Shown piece after piece: positions 47,593 through 57,380 of a stretch of 64,000 nucleotides of DNA. The notes below the pieces were generated by a model, which saw only the letters and a program-made list of their open reading frames with translations, was not told the origin of the DNA and searched no databases. The stretch lies in assembly GCA_963666285.1 (NCBI GenBank), contig OY762711.1. One strand, 5' to 3'. The position numbers were made by a program, and so were the translations under genes. This DNA comes from Sedimentisphaerales bacterium (GTDB lineage Bacteria; Planctomycetota; Phycisphaerae; Sedimentisphaerales; SM23-30). The stretch's first letter is position 1; each line of letters begins with the position of its first letter.

Positions 47593-48033
47593 GGTTTATC
47601 CCCTGATATTATTCTGCATCAATTTAATAAACATACCAACGTTGTATATCTATCGAAATTATGCTTTTTGACATTTACTTGAAAGGGGAAAATTAGTAGA
47701 AGTGTTGTAAAATGAAAGGTGCTTTGGTACTGCCGGCCTTTGCTTCTTAATGCAATTGATAGGTATTATCCGGCTATGACGAAGTGATACCTGGTTTTTT
47801 ATCAGACTTTGATATATGTAAATACAGTAAAATGTAAAGTATTTTATGTATTATGCGTGGAATAATATTATTTTTGGATAAATATTATCGGCCGCAATTT
47901 GCACCAGGAATCAGAAAAATGATTTCTGATTCCATATAATATTATTATTCACAACTTAAAGTGACTGATTTTACAGTTTGTTACAGCAAAATTGGTTGCC
48001 GTTCTGCGGCATTTCCTGCCTGATACCAGGTTA

Positions 48034-48828
48034 CTATTTCAGATTCATCAGGAAGTTTGCGGGGTAATTGGTCGTTATACCGTCAACTCCAATTTCATTC
48101 ATTAGCTGACCATCTTCCAGGTGGTCTACTGTCCAGACATATATTTTCAGCCCGGCAGCATGAACTTTATCGACATATTCTTTGCTTAGAGATTTGAAAT
48201 GCAGGTCCAGCCCGTTTATATTATTTTCCAAAACATCTTTTATCAGGGATTCGCTATACGGCAGATATTCGCCGCTTTCTTTATCTTTTGGTGAACCTAC
48301 CAGCCAGTATGCCGGTATATTCGGCATCTGTTTTTTGCACTCTTTTAGAACGTCAATATTAAATGATATTATTTCAAGTCCGGGTTTACCGCTTTCTTCA
48401 ATTATTTCTTTCAGGTACGGTACAATTCCAACTTTACATTTTATTTCGATAAACAATTTTTTCCCTTTTGGAACGCTTGCAATTATATCTTTCAGCAGGG
48501 GGATATTCTCGTTTTTGAAATACTGCGACTTAAAAGAGCCTACGTCAAGTTTTTTGATTTGATCATAGGTTGAATCAGCTATTACAAATTTTTCACCACT
48601 GGTTCTTTGGGTATTGTCATCATGGATTACCACAATTTGATTGTCTGCTGTAAGGTGAATATCTATTTCTGTTCCATCTGCTTTTACATCCCAGCAGCTG
48701 GTGACTGATGCCATTGTATTTTCTGGGGCATAACTTGAATTTCCTCTATGGCCGATTATAGCCGGATTGTTTTGGCAGCCGTTCATCATAAACACTGTAA
48801 TAATCAATATTATGTAATATTTCTTCAC
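48034..48828 (-). CDS. Glycerophosphodiester phosphodiesterase, probable lipoprotein
   Basis: GHRG....PENT, E.D...T.D...VV.HD, EIK, WTVD, GVDGITTN.P; NGC lipobox-like. Confidence 0.92.
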   Translation of the reverse strand: MKKYYIILIITVFMMNGCQNNPAIIGHRGNSSYAPENTMASVTSCWDVKADGTEIDIHLTADNQIVVIHDDNTQRTSGEKFVIADSTYDQIKKLDVGSFKSQYFKNENIPLLKDIIASVPKGKKLFIEIKCKVGIVPYLKEIIEESGKPGLEIISFNIDVLKECKKQMPNIPAYWLVGSPKDKESGEYLPYSESLIKDVLENNINGLDLHFKSLSKEYVDKVHAAGLKIYVWTVDHLEDGQLMNEIGVDGITTNYPANFLMNLK

Positions 48829-48904
48829 TATTACGCCAATACCTTTCTATAAATAAGAATTTAATTCTGTAAATTCCAAATTTGATCACGTTTCTTTTAT
48901 CTCT

Positions 48905-48942
48905 AAAAAAAAAGGCAGTCCTTTGGTCTCAAAAGACTGCCT
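48905..48942 (-). terminator. Terminator after flgM
   Basis: AGGCAGTC..GACTGCCT stem with A9 on + strand. Confidence 0.75.
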
Positions 48943-48976
48943 GTAACCCATCGATTTATCATCCGTGATTTAGTTA

Positions 48977-49267
48977 CTATCCTATTTCTTCATCGATAAA
49001 TTTATCCAATGCCATGGATAATTTTCCATTGATATCGTATGTACCTTCGGCAAGCTGTTGTCTTATCTGATCAACTTTTTCCTGCCGAATGTCTGGCATA
49101 TCAGCTATCTGGCTCAAAAATCTTGCCTTATCAGATATTTCTACCTGATCTTCACCATTATTATAGCTGTAATTATTGTTTTTTCCGTTGGCGGTAGGGG
49201 TAGTTTCCGCCTTTCCCAGTGTTGGGATTGAGCTGTATGCTCCGCTGATTCTACTGATGTTGTTCAT
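48977..49267 (-). CDS. flgM: Anti-sigma28 factor FlgM
   Basis: DQVEIS..A, R.EKV..IR.Q...GTY signature; 96 aa; SD GGAG. Confidence 0.9.
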   Translation of the reverse strand: MNNISRISGAYSSIPTLGKAETTPTANGKNNNYSYNNGEDQVEISDKARFLSQIADMPDIRQEKVDQIRQQLAEGTYDINGKLSMALDKFIDEEIG

Positions 49268-49575
49268 GACTTACTCCGTAATGTCTAATAGGCAAACAAC
49301 TTAACTAAACGGCCGACTCCTCAGCCACAATATATTGTCATGGCTGGCTTCTGCATACCATCATGACATAATAGTTATCGTCGCATCCTGTATAAATACT
49401 TGAGAAATATTTTCAAATTATAATACTATTTCAAAATAGTTTTCAACACCAATAATAGGGTTTTTATCGTTTTTTCGGACCTTTTTTAACATTTATCGGA
49501 CTAGAGTAAATTACCTATATTGCCAAAGTTGTTCATATTAATACGCGGACTTAGGCCTACGTCCAATAACTCGAA

Positions 49576-49632
49576 ACACAACATATTGTGTTTTAACAAC
49601 TTGTGTAAAACCTGTGTATAACGCCTTGATAA
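49576..49632. promoter_or_regulatory. NrdR-box-like palindrome next to tandem DnaA-box-like motifs
   Basis: ACACAACATATTGTGT (49576-49591); TGTGTAAAA (49602), TGTGTATAA (49613), CCTTGATAA (49624) at 11-bp spacing. Confidence 0.45.
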
Positions 49633-49717
49633 CCTGTTAGTTTTTCGATAAAAATCAAAAAAAAACGGCTTGAAACAATTAAAAAATGCTTCAAACCGTA
49701 ATTTTTTTCAATTTAGA

Positions 49718-49876
49718 CTATGCTTCTTCGAATTCTTCTTTTCCAGCTCCGCATTCCGGGCATACCCAGTCATCAGGCAGATCTTCAAAGCTGGTGCCTG
49801 GTGCTATATCTGCATCTGGATCGCCTTCTGCAGGGTCATAAATATAACCGCATAATACACATCTGTACTTTTTCAT
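49718..49876 (-). CDS. Rubredoxin (not in the ORF track)
   Basis: Hand translation [52 protein letters not shown]; two CxxC motifs; SD AAGGA. Confidence 0.96.
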   Translation of the reverse strand: MKKYRCVLCGYIYDPAEGDPDADIAPGTSFEDLPDDWVCPECGAGKEEFEEA

Positions 49877-50195
49877 AATTTTGTCCTTATTTAAAATAAT
49901 AACTTAATTAATTCCACAGGCAACATTACCTTCGATACTTTGAGTTATTATAATCAGAATCATTGAGAATTATCAAATAAGAATCCGTTTTTTGGTAAAA
50001 AAAATGGTAAAATAGTAGAGTTGCGGATATTTGTTAACTATTCTACATCTATATCGTTTTTCTTAATTCGACTGTTACTATGGGTTGTTTATGGTATAAA
50101 TATCACTGCCGCTGTTGTCGTTAAACAAAATAATCTTGCTATGTAACGCTTATCAAATAAAATTTTATTATGAGAGCTTTCTCATACATATAACC

Positions 50196-50213
50196 CGAAG
50201 CATAAACCGTACT
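50196..50213 (+). repeat. Dispersed repeat, short right-end remnant
   Basis: CGAAGCATAAACCGTACT versus CGAAGCATAAACCGCACT at 5048-5065. Confidence 0.5.
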
Positions 50214-50253
50214 AACATATTTGTAATTTGATGATTACTGGAGCAATTATTTA

Positions 50254-51534
50254 ATGAATAAACTGGCAAAATACATTATTGCTGGAATTTTGCTGGGCTT
50301 GGTGGTAGGTCTTGTATTATCCAAATCTGTTGATGAGGCAGGAAACCTCTCTGGCGGTGCTTCTTTTATACTTGGCTGTATCAAACCTCTCGGGGAGCTG
50401 TTTATCCGATTGCTGAAAATGATTATTGTTCCTCTGATTGTTGCTTCTATTATCATGGGAGTAAATAGTGTCGGCAGTATGGGCCGGCTTGGCAAAATCG
50501 GCTCGATTACCATTGGATACTATATTACTACAACTGTAATTGCTATTTTGCTGGGATTGGTGTGTGTTAATGTTATTAAGCCGGGAGAAGGGGTAAAAAT
50601 CGACGATCCTGTAGTTTCTCAGCAGCTCGAAGTCGGTAGTAAAACAATTGAAGAGAAAAATTTTCAAAATTACAGTGCGCCAACACTGACGACTCTGATG
50701 AAAGATCTTATACCCGCTAATATTGTCAAGGCAATGGCAGAGGGGCAAATGCTTTCAGTTATTTTCTTTGCTATTGTTTTTGGCATCGTTATGGTCTCTG
50801 TCGGTGATAAAGCAAGACCGTTACTGGATTTTTTCAGGGCTCTTGATAAAGTGATGATGACTTTAACTAACTGGATTATGTATATTGCTCCAGTTGGTGC
50901 TTTTGCGCTTATGACAACAACGGTTGCCTCGGCTGGTAGCTCTGTTTTAGGCAGCCTGGCAAAATATATGGCGACCGTACTCTCTGGGCTTACCATCCAT
51001 AGCATTGTTGTCCTGCCGCTTATGCTGATGATTTTTGCCCGGATTTCTCCCTTGAAGCTGTTGGCCGCGGTTAGTCCTGCTCTGGCAACGGCTTTTTCTA
51101 CTGCCAGCAGTGCTGCTACTTTGCCTCTGACTATGAACTGCCTGGAGAATCGGGCTAAAATTTCTGAGAGTACCGTTAGTTTTGTTATGCCGCTTGGTGC
51201 GACAATAAATATGGATGGCACTGCTTTATACGAGGCAGTGGCCGCTATGTTTATCGCTCAGGCTTATGGTGTTGACCTTACTATTGCCGAGCAGGGGCTG
51301 ATAGTATTAACCGCTACCCTTGCTTCTATTGGTGCTGCCGCTATTCCCAGTGCCGGGTTGTTTACTTTGGTTATTGTGCTGGATGCAGTAAAATTACCTT
51401 CGGAAGGTATTGGACTGATCCTTGCTGTTGATCGTATCCTGGATATGTGCCGGACTACCGTTAATGTATGGGGTGATTCCTGCGGCAGTGCCGTTGTTGA
51501 ACGGCTGAAAAGTATTGGTATTACTGGTAAATAA
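50254..51534 (+). CDS. Dicarboxylate/amino acid:cation symporter (DAACS, GltP-like)
   Basis: LLKMIIVPL, AFSTASS.ATLP, PLGATINMDGTALY, VDRILDMCRT.VNVWGD. Confidence 0.95.
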   Translation: MNKLAKYIIAGILLGLVVGLVLSKSVDEAGNLSGGASFILGCIKPLGELFIRLLKMIIVPLIVASIIMGVNSVGSMGRLGKIGSITIGYYITTTVIAILLGLVCVNVIKPGEGVKIDDPVVSQQLEVGSKTIEEKNFQNYSAPTLTTLMKDLIPANIVKAMAEGQMLSVIFFAIVFGIVMVSVGDKARPLLDFFRALDKVMMTLTNWIMYIAPVGAFALMTTTVASAGSSVLGSLAKYMATVLSGLTIHSIVVLPLMLMIFARISPLKLLAAVSPALATAFSTASSAATLPLTMNCLENRAKISESTVSFVMPLGATINMDGTALYEAVAAMFIAQAYGVDLTIAEQGLIVLTATLASIGAAAIPSAGLFTLVIVLDAVKLPSEGIGLILAVDRILDMCRTTVNVWGDSCGSAVVERLKSIGITGK

Positions 51535-51535
51535 T

Positions 51536-53602
51536 ATGAAACACAATCGATTAGTTGGTTTGCTTCTGATAGCTGTCAGTGCTATCTCTCTTTGGCAATG
51601 CAGTGACGAAAAGGCTTTTAGCCTGGTTGTCATTGTATTAGCTTTTATTGGCGCCTTTTCTAATATAAATATCAGGATGCGTTCATCCAGGAAAGTTATT
51701 TCGCTTTTGGTAATGGCATTGTTGTTTGCTGTTTATTATCGAACTTCACATCCGGGTGGAAGCTTTTTTACCCGCGCCGCAGTACAGACTCAATGGCTCA
51801 CTTTGTCAAAATATTTTATAATGGTCAGTGTGTTTTATCTCTTTGTCAACAGAAAAGGTAAACTACCGCCCGCTATTATTCTGTTTCTATCCATTTCCGT
51901 ACTTATTTCACCCCAGATTGTCAGTGGCGAGATGTCATCTCTTGCGATTATATACACCTTTTGCTTTGTTATCGCTGCCGTGTTGTTTTGTTCGTCAAGC
52001 CAGAATTATCTTATCGCTTTCTATAGCGGTTTCAGAGCGAAGGTGTTGATCTTCGCTGCTATTTTGGTTTTTTCAACTTCTGTTGGATGGGTTGGCGGAA
52101 ATCTTCTTAATATATATGGTGAAGGATTTATTGATTATCTCATGCAGTATCATCCTGCTCCGCATTTGTTCTCCAGGGGAATGTCGAGCGGTTCGCGTGA
52201 AAAAATTGAATTTGGCGATTTCTCCAGGCTTGACAGTGTCATGAGAATGAAAGCGGCCAGGTCTAAAAAGATTATTCTGAGAGTTTTCTCCGATGAATCG
52301 CCGGATTATTTAAGAAGTATGCCCTATCCTGAGTGGGATGGTAATAGCTGGACATACGATCAGGACGTGATTACTACCGGTTACCCGATTCAGGGGGCTT
52401 CCGGTGTAAACTGGGGAATTGACCGGCGGGAGCAGGATAATATTTTTGAGATTGAACCTTATCTTGATAAAGATTCTGGGTTTTATCTGGGGGCGTATAA
52501 AGTCTTTGATGTCTGGCCCTCACCTGATTTTGAAGGTGCTTTTTTTATTCCTCATGATATTCACTTTGTTCGTATGCCTTCTGAATCAATATTATATAAT
52601 AATGATAAATTACTCGAATATGCCGGTGACTATATACCCGGTTCCAATTATCAGGTTGCGGTCCCGCTTACTCCCTTGACTCTTTCTGTGCCTGCTGAAA
52701 ACATGGATGGATACCTTCAACTGCCTGATCGGGGAGTTCACCCTCGTGTAAAAAATCTGGCACTTTCTATTACAGAAGGGTGTGTTACTCCGGCTTCAAA
52801 AATCAATGCCGTGAAAAAGTATTTTCATGATAATTATAAGTATAGCCTTTCTGTTTCTATTCCGCGTCACAGAGATCCTGTAAACTATTTCTTACTTGAG
52901 CGGCCGGATGCTTATTGTGAATATTTTGCCGCTGGTACTGCGGTATTACTTAGAATTGCCGGCGTACCATGCAGGTATGTGACCGGCGTTGTTGTTAACG
53001 AAAGAGATACTATTGCCGATTGCTGGGTTGCTCGCCAACGAGATGCCCATGCCTGGGTTGAAGCCTGGGACGCTGGCAAAAAACAATGGGTTATCGTTGA
53101 AAGTACGCCCGCTGCCGGTGTGCCGCAAGCTGATGATGAAGTATCTTTATTTTCAAGTTATGTTGATTACTTCAAATTTAAATTCCAGGAATTAAGATTG
53201 TCTCTCGGGCTTGGTGGCATAAGCGGGTTGCGTATGTGGGTTTCTGAGGCATTGTATCATCTGATTGTCTGGCTGTTTACTACTGTTCCGGGGATGCTTG
53301 TTTTACTGATTATTTTTCTGATTATGTCAAAGCGGGCAAAGGCAAGGATTGTTGAACTATGGCAGATTAGAAATATTGATCCGAAAATTAGAATGATGAA
53401 TAATCAGCTCTCAAAAATGGACCGCAAACTTACCAGGTTCGGCTTGAGACGTTTGCCTGATGAAACTGTAAGAGCATTCGCTAAACGTATCGGAGAATCC
53501 GATAATAATAAGATTCAAGCGAAAAAAGATCAGTTTGTCGAATGGTATCTCAAATATGAAAGTGCCAGGTACACTTTATTCCTGCCTGATAAGCAGCAAT
53601 AA
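51536..53602 (+). CDS. Membrane-bound transglutaminase-like protein (TgpA-like)
   Basis: Several N-terminal TM segments; YCEYFA, GVPCRYVTG, DAHAWVE, W...ESTP. Confidence 0.85.
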   Translation: MKHNRLVGLLLIAVSAISLWQCSDEKAFSLVVIVLAFIGAFSNINIRMRSSRKVISLLVMALLFAVYYRTSHPGGSFFTRAAVQTQWLTLSKYFIMVSVFYLFVNRKGKLPPAIILFLSISVLISPQIVSGEMSSLAIIYTFCFVIAAVLFCSSSQNYLIAFYSGFRAKVLIFAAILVFSTSVGWVGGNLLNIYGEGFIDYLMQYHPAPHLFSRGMSSGSREKIEFGDFSRLDSVMRMKAARSKKIILRVFSDESPDYLRSMPYPEWDGNSWTYDQDVITTGYPIQGASGVNWGIDRREQDNIFEIEPYLDKDSGFYLGAYKVFDVWPSPDFEGAFFIPHDIHFVRMPSESILYNNDKLLEYAGDYIPGSNYQVAVPLTPLTLSVPAENMDGYLQLPDRGVHPRVKNLALSITEGCVTPASKINAVKKYFHDNYKYSLSVSIPRHRDPVNYFLLERPDAYCEYFAAGTAVLLRIAGVPCRYVTGVVVNERDTIADCWVARQRDAHAWVEAWDAGKKQWVIVESTPAAGVPQADDEVSLFSSYVDYFKFKFQELRLSLGLGGISGLRMWVSEALYHLIVWLFTTVPGMLVLLIIFLIMSKRAKARIVELWQIRNIDPKIRMMNNQLSKMDRKLTRFGLRRLPDETVRAFAKRIGESDNNKIQAKKDQFVEWYLKYESARYTLFLPDKQQ

Positions 53603-53774
53603 TTTTTGTTACAATTTCTTTTCCTTGATTTCACTACTTTTCAGCCTATTTGAAAAATCATTTTGATAATTGCTCCGTATATGCTAAGATTTATATATCA
53701 GATTGAGATATTTGATGCTGATTTTATCAAAAATAATTTCATCGTTTTGGTAAAATCTTTGTTTTTGCAATGTT

Positions 53775-53959
53775 AGCCTCTGCTGTGTACGTTACATTTG
53801 CATAATTGAAGAACCTATTGAGCTTGAAAAAATGGGAGCCTTGTATAGGTGTAGCCGGACAAGCCCGTTTTACCCGGGATCTCTGGAAAGCTGATGAGGC
53901 CCCCCCCTTAAAATAAGGGGTTCCTTCAATTAACCAATTGGACGGCATTTGCGGTGGCT
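53775..53959 (+). ncRNA. ssrS: Probable 6S RNA
   Basis: ~185-nt rod: 5' AGCCTCTGCTGTGTACGTT pairs with 3' GACGGCATTTGCGGTGGCT; inner AATTGAAGAACC / GGTTCCTTCAATT; GGGAGCC...GGCCCCC..GGGGTTC as in known 6S RNAs; TGnTAAAAT at 53748-53756; T run after. Confidence 0.72.
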
Positions 53960-54128
53960 TTTTTATGCGCTGAATTAGCTGGTTGTACCAAAGATTATTT
54001 TCGGATTTCTCCCTTTTTTTTTATTTTACGGCTTATGTGTTCTTAATGTATAATGGTAAACTGTTATTTAATAAGTAGTTTTCATTATTTGGACCGCGAG
54101 TAACATTCTGTAATATTTGTTGTATAAA

Positions 54129-54237
54129 AGTTTGCTTTAGCACTTTTCAAGTTGCAATAAACGCCTGAAAGTGGTTGCTGTTAACATTGAACAGTCATAA
54201 GCATGCCTTGCATTTGTTGTGAAGCATAAAACGTACT
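54129..54237 (+). repeat. Dispersed repeat, internally deleted copy
   Basis: AGTTTGCTTTAGCACTTTTCAAGTTGCAATAAACGCCTGAAA..TTGAACAGTCA..GAAGCATAAAACGTACT. Confidence 0.7.
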
Positions 54238-54283
54238 AAAAGGTATTGAATAATTTTAGATTAACAGTTAGGAACGAGTCTAG

Positions 54284-55618
54284 ATGAGAGTTGTTATTGC
54301 CGGTGCCGGCGAGATAGGATGGTATATTGCTGACCAGGTGTCAAGCCAGGGGCATGATGTAACCGTTATAGACCCTTCAAAGGATAAAATCCGCCAGGTT
54401 AACAGCTCGCTGGATGTACATGCTGTCGAAGGTTCGGCGGCTTCTGCCCAAATCCTCGGACAGATTGCTGTTGCTGAGGCGGATTTATTTGTCGCTGTCA
54501 GCGGTTCCGATGAAGTCAATATTGTTGCTGCTTCTCTTGCCAGGAAACTTGGCGCTGCCCGTGCTATTGCCAGGGTCGATGAAGTTATATACAGAAAAAG
54601 TACTGATATTTCTTATTCGGAACATTTTGGGATTGATGAATTTGTCAGTCCTGAAACACTCGCGGCTTTGGAGCTTGCTTCGGTCATACGCAGTCCGGGC
54701 GCTCTGGCGGTGGAACATCTTGCCCGCGGTAAGATAGAAATGCAGCGTGTGGTCGTTGGCAAAGGAGCCAAGCATATCAATCGTCCGCTAAAGGATCTGG
54801 ATCTGCCCGAAGGTGTTAAGATCGCTTGTATCAGAAGAGACGGCAGTTTATTTATTCCTGCTGCCAATTCAATGGTGTATGAAAGCGATAATGTAACCCT
54901 GATCGGTAAAACTGAACAGATTGTCTCTGCTCGCAGCGGCCTGGAATCTAAGAAAGCCAGTTCCATTAAAATTGTTGTTGTTGGCGGCGGCCATACTACT
55001 CTATCGCTTGTCAGGCGTCTTCGTGCCTCAATGTACAAAGTCACTATTGTCGAACGTTCCGAAGATCGGTGCAAACATCTTGCCGCTATTCTTCCTAACG
55101 TCACTATTTTGCACGGTGATGGAACTAACCTGTCATTCCTGAAAGAAGAACGTATCGAAAGTGCTGATATTTTTGTTAGTACTACCGATTCTGATGAAAC
55201 TAATATCATGAGTGCTATGCAGGCCAGGCATCTTGGTGTGGAAAAGGTGCTGGTTCTTATACACCGACCGGACTATGGTGATCTTATCGAAAAAATGGGT
55301 ATCGACCGTGCTGTTAGTCCGCGCGTTCAGATGGCCAAAGAAATATTAACTATGTTGCATAAAAGTGATGTGCGTACCCTTTCTGTTTTTGACGATGGCA
55401 AGGCTGAAATTGTACAGGTCAGGGTTAGAAGCAGCGAGGTCACAGGGAAGTATCTGAGAGAAATTACTCTGCCCGGCGAAACGCTCGTCCTTACCATCCA
55501 GCGGGACAAGGATATCATTGTCCCCCAGGCTGATACGATGTTCCACCTTGACGATGAGGCTATTTTTATCAGTAGAACTGCCAGCCATAAAGAGCTGACT
55601 AAAATGATCGTGGGATAA
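54284..55618 (+). CDS. trkA: Trk potassium uptake NAD-binding subunit
   Basis: Two RCK_N/RCK_C pairs (IAGAGEIG; VVGGG..., LHGDGT...L.EE). Confidence 0.93.
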   Translation: MRVVIAGAGEIGWYIADQVSSQGHDVTVIDPSKDKIRQVNSSLDVHAVEGSAASAQILGQIAVAEADLFVAVSGSDEVNIVAASLARKLGAARAIARVDEVIYRKSTDISYSEHFGIDEFVSPETLAALELASVIRSPGALAVEHLARGKIEMQRVVVGKGAKHINRPLKDLDLPEGVKIACIRRDGSLFIPAANSMVYESDNVTLIGKTEQIVSARSGLESKKASSIKIVVVGGGHTTLSLVRRLRASMYKVTIVERSEDRCKHLAAILPNVTILHGDGTNLSFLKEERIESADIFVSTTDSDETNIMSAMQARHLGVEKVLVLIHRPDYGDLIEKMGIDRAVSPRVQMAKEILTMLHKSDVRTLSVFDDGKAEIVQVRVRSSEVTGKYLREITLPGETLVLTIQRDKDIIVPQADTMFHLDDEAIFISRTASHKELTKMIVG

Positions 55619-55637
55619 TTAGTCCGGCTTTATTTGG

Positions 55638-55803
55638 AGTTTACTTTCGTTGTTTTTAAGTTGCAATAACAAAGTGCCTATGGTAAATCGCCTAAAAGGG
55701 CCTTCTTGTAACGCTTTGAATTAAATATTACATTTTTCATTCACAAGGCCATATTCCGGCCTTTGCGTGTAATGTCGAACAGTCAAAAGTGCGATGCCGC
55801 ACT
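55638..55803 (+). repeat. Dispersed repeat copy between trkA and trkH
   Basis: Long near-identical blocks shared with 4844-5065. Confidence 0.85.
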
Positions 55804-55816
55804 TGAAGTATGAATT

Positions 55817-57322
55817 ATGAATTTTAAACAGATTCTTAGACAATTGGGTATTCTGGTTTCTCTGGTAGGTTTTTGTATAAGCTCTTCCTTGATCTGGGCG
55901 TTTCTCGACTATGACCAGGACCAGAATAGCAGGATAATTTTCTCTATTATTTATTCTGTGCTTTCCTGCCTGCTGATTGGTGCTATTATGGTTATCCTTG
56001 GCAGAGAACCGGACCGCGAACAGGAAATGTACCGAAAAGAAGCTATTGCAGTTGTTGGCCTTGGCTGGCTTGTTTGCGGGGTGCTGGGCGCATTGCCGTA
56101 TCTTTTCAGCGGTGTGCTTGACGGCATCTATCATGGCTGGTATGCCAAAATCGCCGCGGCCATATTTGAATCTGTCAGCGGGTTCACCACAACCGGTGCC
56201 AGTATTTTCCCCGAACCGGAACAGCTGCCCAGGGCTATACTGTTCTGGCGCAGCCTTACTCACTGGCTTGGCGGTATGGGTATTGTCGTTCTGTTTGTCG
56301 CTATTCTCAGCCAGATCGGTCCGGCTGCTAAGTTCATGTTCAATAGCGAGGTGCCCGGCCCGATATCTGAATCGGTACGCCCCAGGATCAAAAATACCGC
56401 AATGCTGCTCTGGAAAATTTATGTCGCTATCTCGCTGGTTGAGACCGTTATCCTGATGACCCAGGGGATGGACCTGTTTGAATCTCTCTGTCATACTTTT
56501 GGTACGATGGCGACCGGTGGGTTCAGTACCAGAAATGCCAGTGTCGGTCAGTATAATCACCTTGGAATTGAAGTTACTATTATAGTCTTCATGGTTTTAG
56601 CTGGCATGAATTTCAATCTATATGCCGATATGATCCAGGGTAAATGGAAATATGTATTAAAAAATTCCGAGCTTAGAACTTATCTACTTATTATGCTTAT
56701 TGCTACCGGCATGATAACTGCCGATCTGGTTATGAATAAGGCCCTGATCTATGGCAGTGTCACAAAGGCCCTGCGGTCGGCAGGTTTCCAGGTAGTGTCG
56801 ATTATGACTACTACCGGTTTTGGTTCGGATGATTTCGATGCCTGGCCCAATTTCTCTCGATGGCTGCTGCTGGCACTCATGTTTGTCGGCGGCTCTGCCG
56901 GCTCGACCGGCGGCGGTATCAAGGTCTTCCGCCTTATGCTCTTCTGTAAATTAGTTGTCTCTGAAATTGAAAAGTCTTTCAGACCGTCTCTAATCAAACC
57001 TATCCGCATCAGCAATCAGCCGATAGACGATTCGCAATGCAGGACTATCGGGGTATATGTTGGCATGATACTGCTTATTGCCTTTGTCTCGACCATACTG
57101 CTGCTTATACTGGAAAATACTATCGATATCGAAACCGCATTTTCGGCGGTTGCCGCGACTCTTAACAATATCGGTCCCGGCCTCAAAATGGTTGGCGCCA
57201 CTCAGAATTTCGCGTTTATGGCTCCTACCTCAAAGCTGCTGCTGACTTTCCTTATGATACTCGGCAGGCTCGAAGTCATGGCCATCTTCTGCCTCTTTGT
57301 ACCAAACTTCTGGAGAAAATAA
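55817..57322 (+). CDS. trkH: Trk potassium uptake membrane subunit
   Basis: FESVSGFTTTGAS, WRSLTHWLGGMGI, ATGGFS, TTTGF, GSTGGGIK, NNIGPG, GRLE. Confidence 0.96.
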   Translation: MNFKQILRQLGILVSLVGFCISSSLIWAFLDYDQDQNSRIIFSIIYSVLSCLLIGAIMVILGREPDREQEMYRKEAIAVVGLGWLVCGVLGALPYLFSGVLDGIYHGWYAKIAAAIFESVSGFTTTGASIFPEPEQLPRAILFWRSLTHWLGGMGIVVLFVAILSQIGPAAKFMFNSEVPGPISESVRPRIKNTAMLLWKIYVAISLVETVILMTQGMDLFESLCHTFGTMATGGFSTRNASVGQYNHLGIEVTIIVFMVLAGMNFNLYADMIQGKWKYVLKNSELRTYLLIMLIATGMITADLVMNKALIYGSVTKALRSAGFQVVSIMTTTGFGSDDFDAWPNFSRWLLLALMFVGGSAGSTGGGIKVFRLMLFCKLVVSEIEKSFRPSLIKPIRISNQPIDDSQCRTIGVYVGMILLIAFVSTILLLILENTIDIETAFSAVAATLNNIGPGLKMVGATQNFAFMAPTSKLLLTFLMILGRLEVMAIFCLFVPNFWRK

Positions 57323-57380
57323 GGTTGGACGGTATAATTCTTAGTGTATTGTATGCGTATATTGTGCAGAAAGTTTTGAT

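Noticed and set aside
47907..47933. Perfect 11-bp inverted repeat GGAATCAGAAA / TTTCTGATTCC
   Set aside because: No U tract on either strand and a single occurrence; cannot tell a weak GDPD terminator from an operator
49270..50250. Replication origin
   Set aside because: Only one exact DnaA box, no dnaA/dnaN/gidA context, and skew could not be computed; kept only as a regulatory candidate
53739..53948. 69-aa minus-strand ORF
   Set aside because: Lies antisense to the probable 6S RNA and has no protein features
53965..54025. c-di-AMP (ydaO) riboswitch upstream of trkA, prompted by GCTGAAT..GTAC
   Set aside because: The remaining ydaO elements (GGAGGAA, GGGGTTAATC, CCCG.ACCCGACAGCTAAC) are absent and the segment is too short
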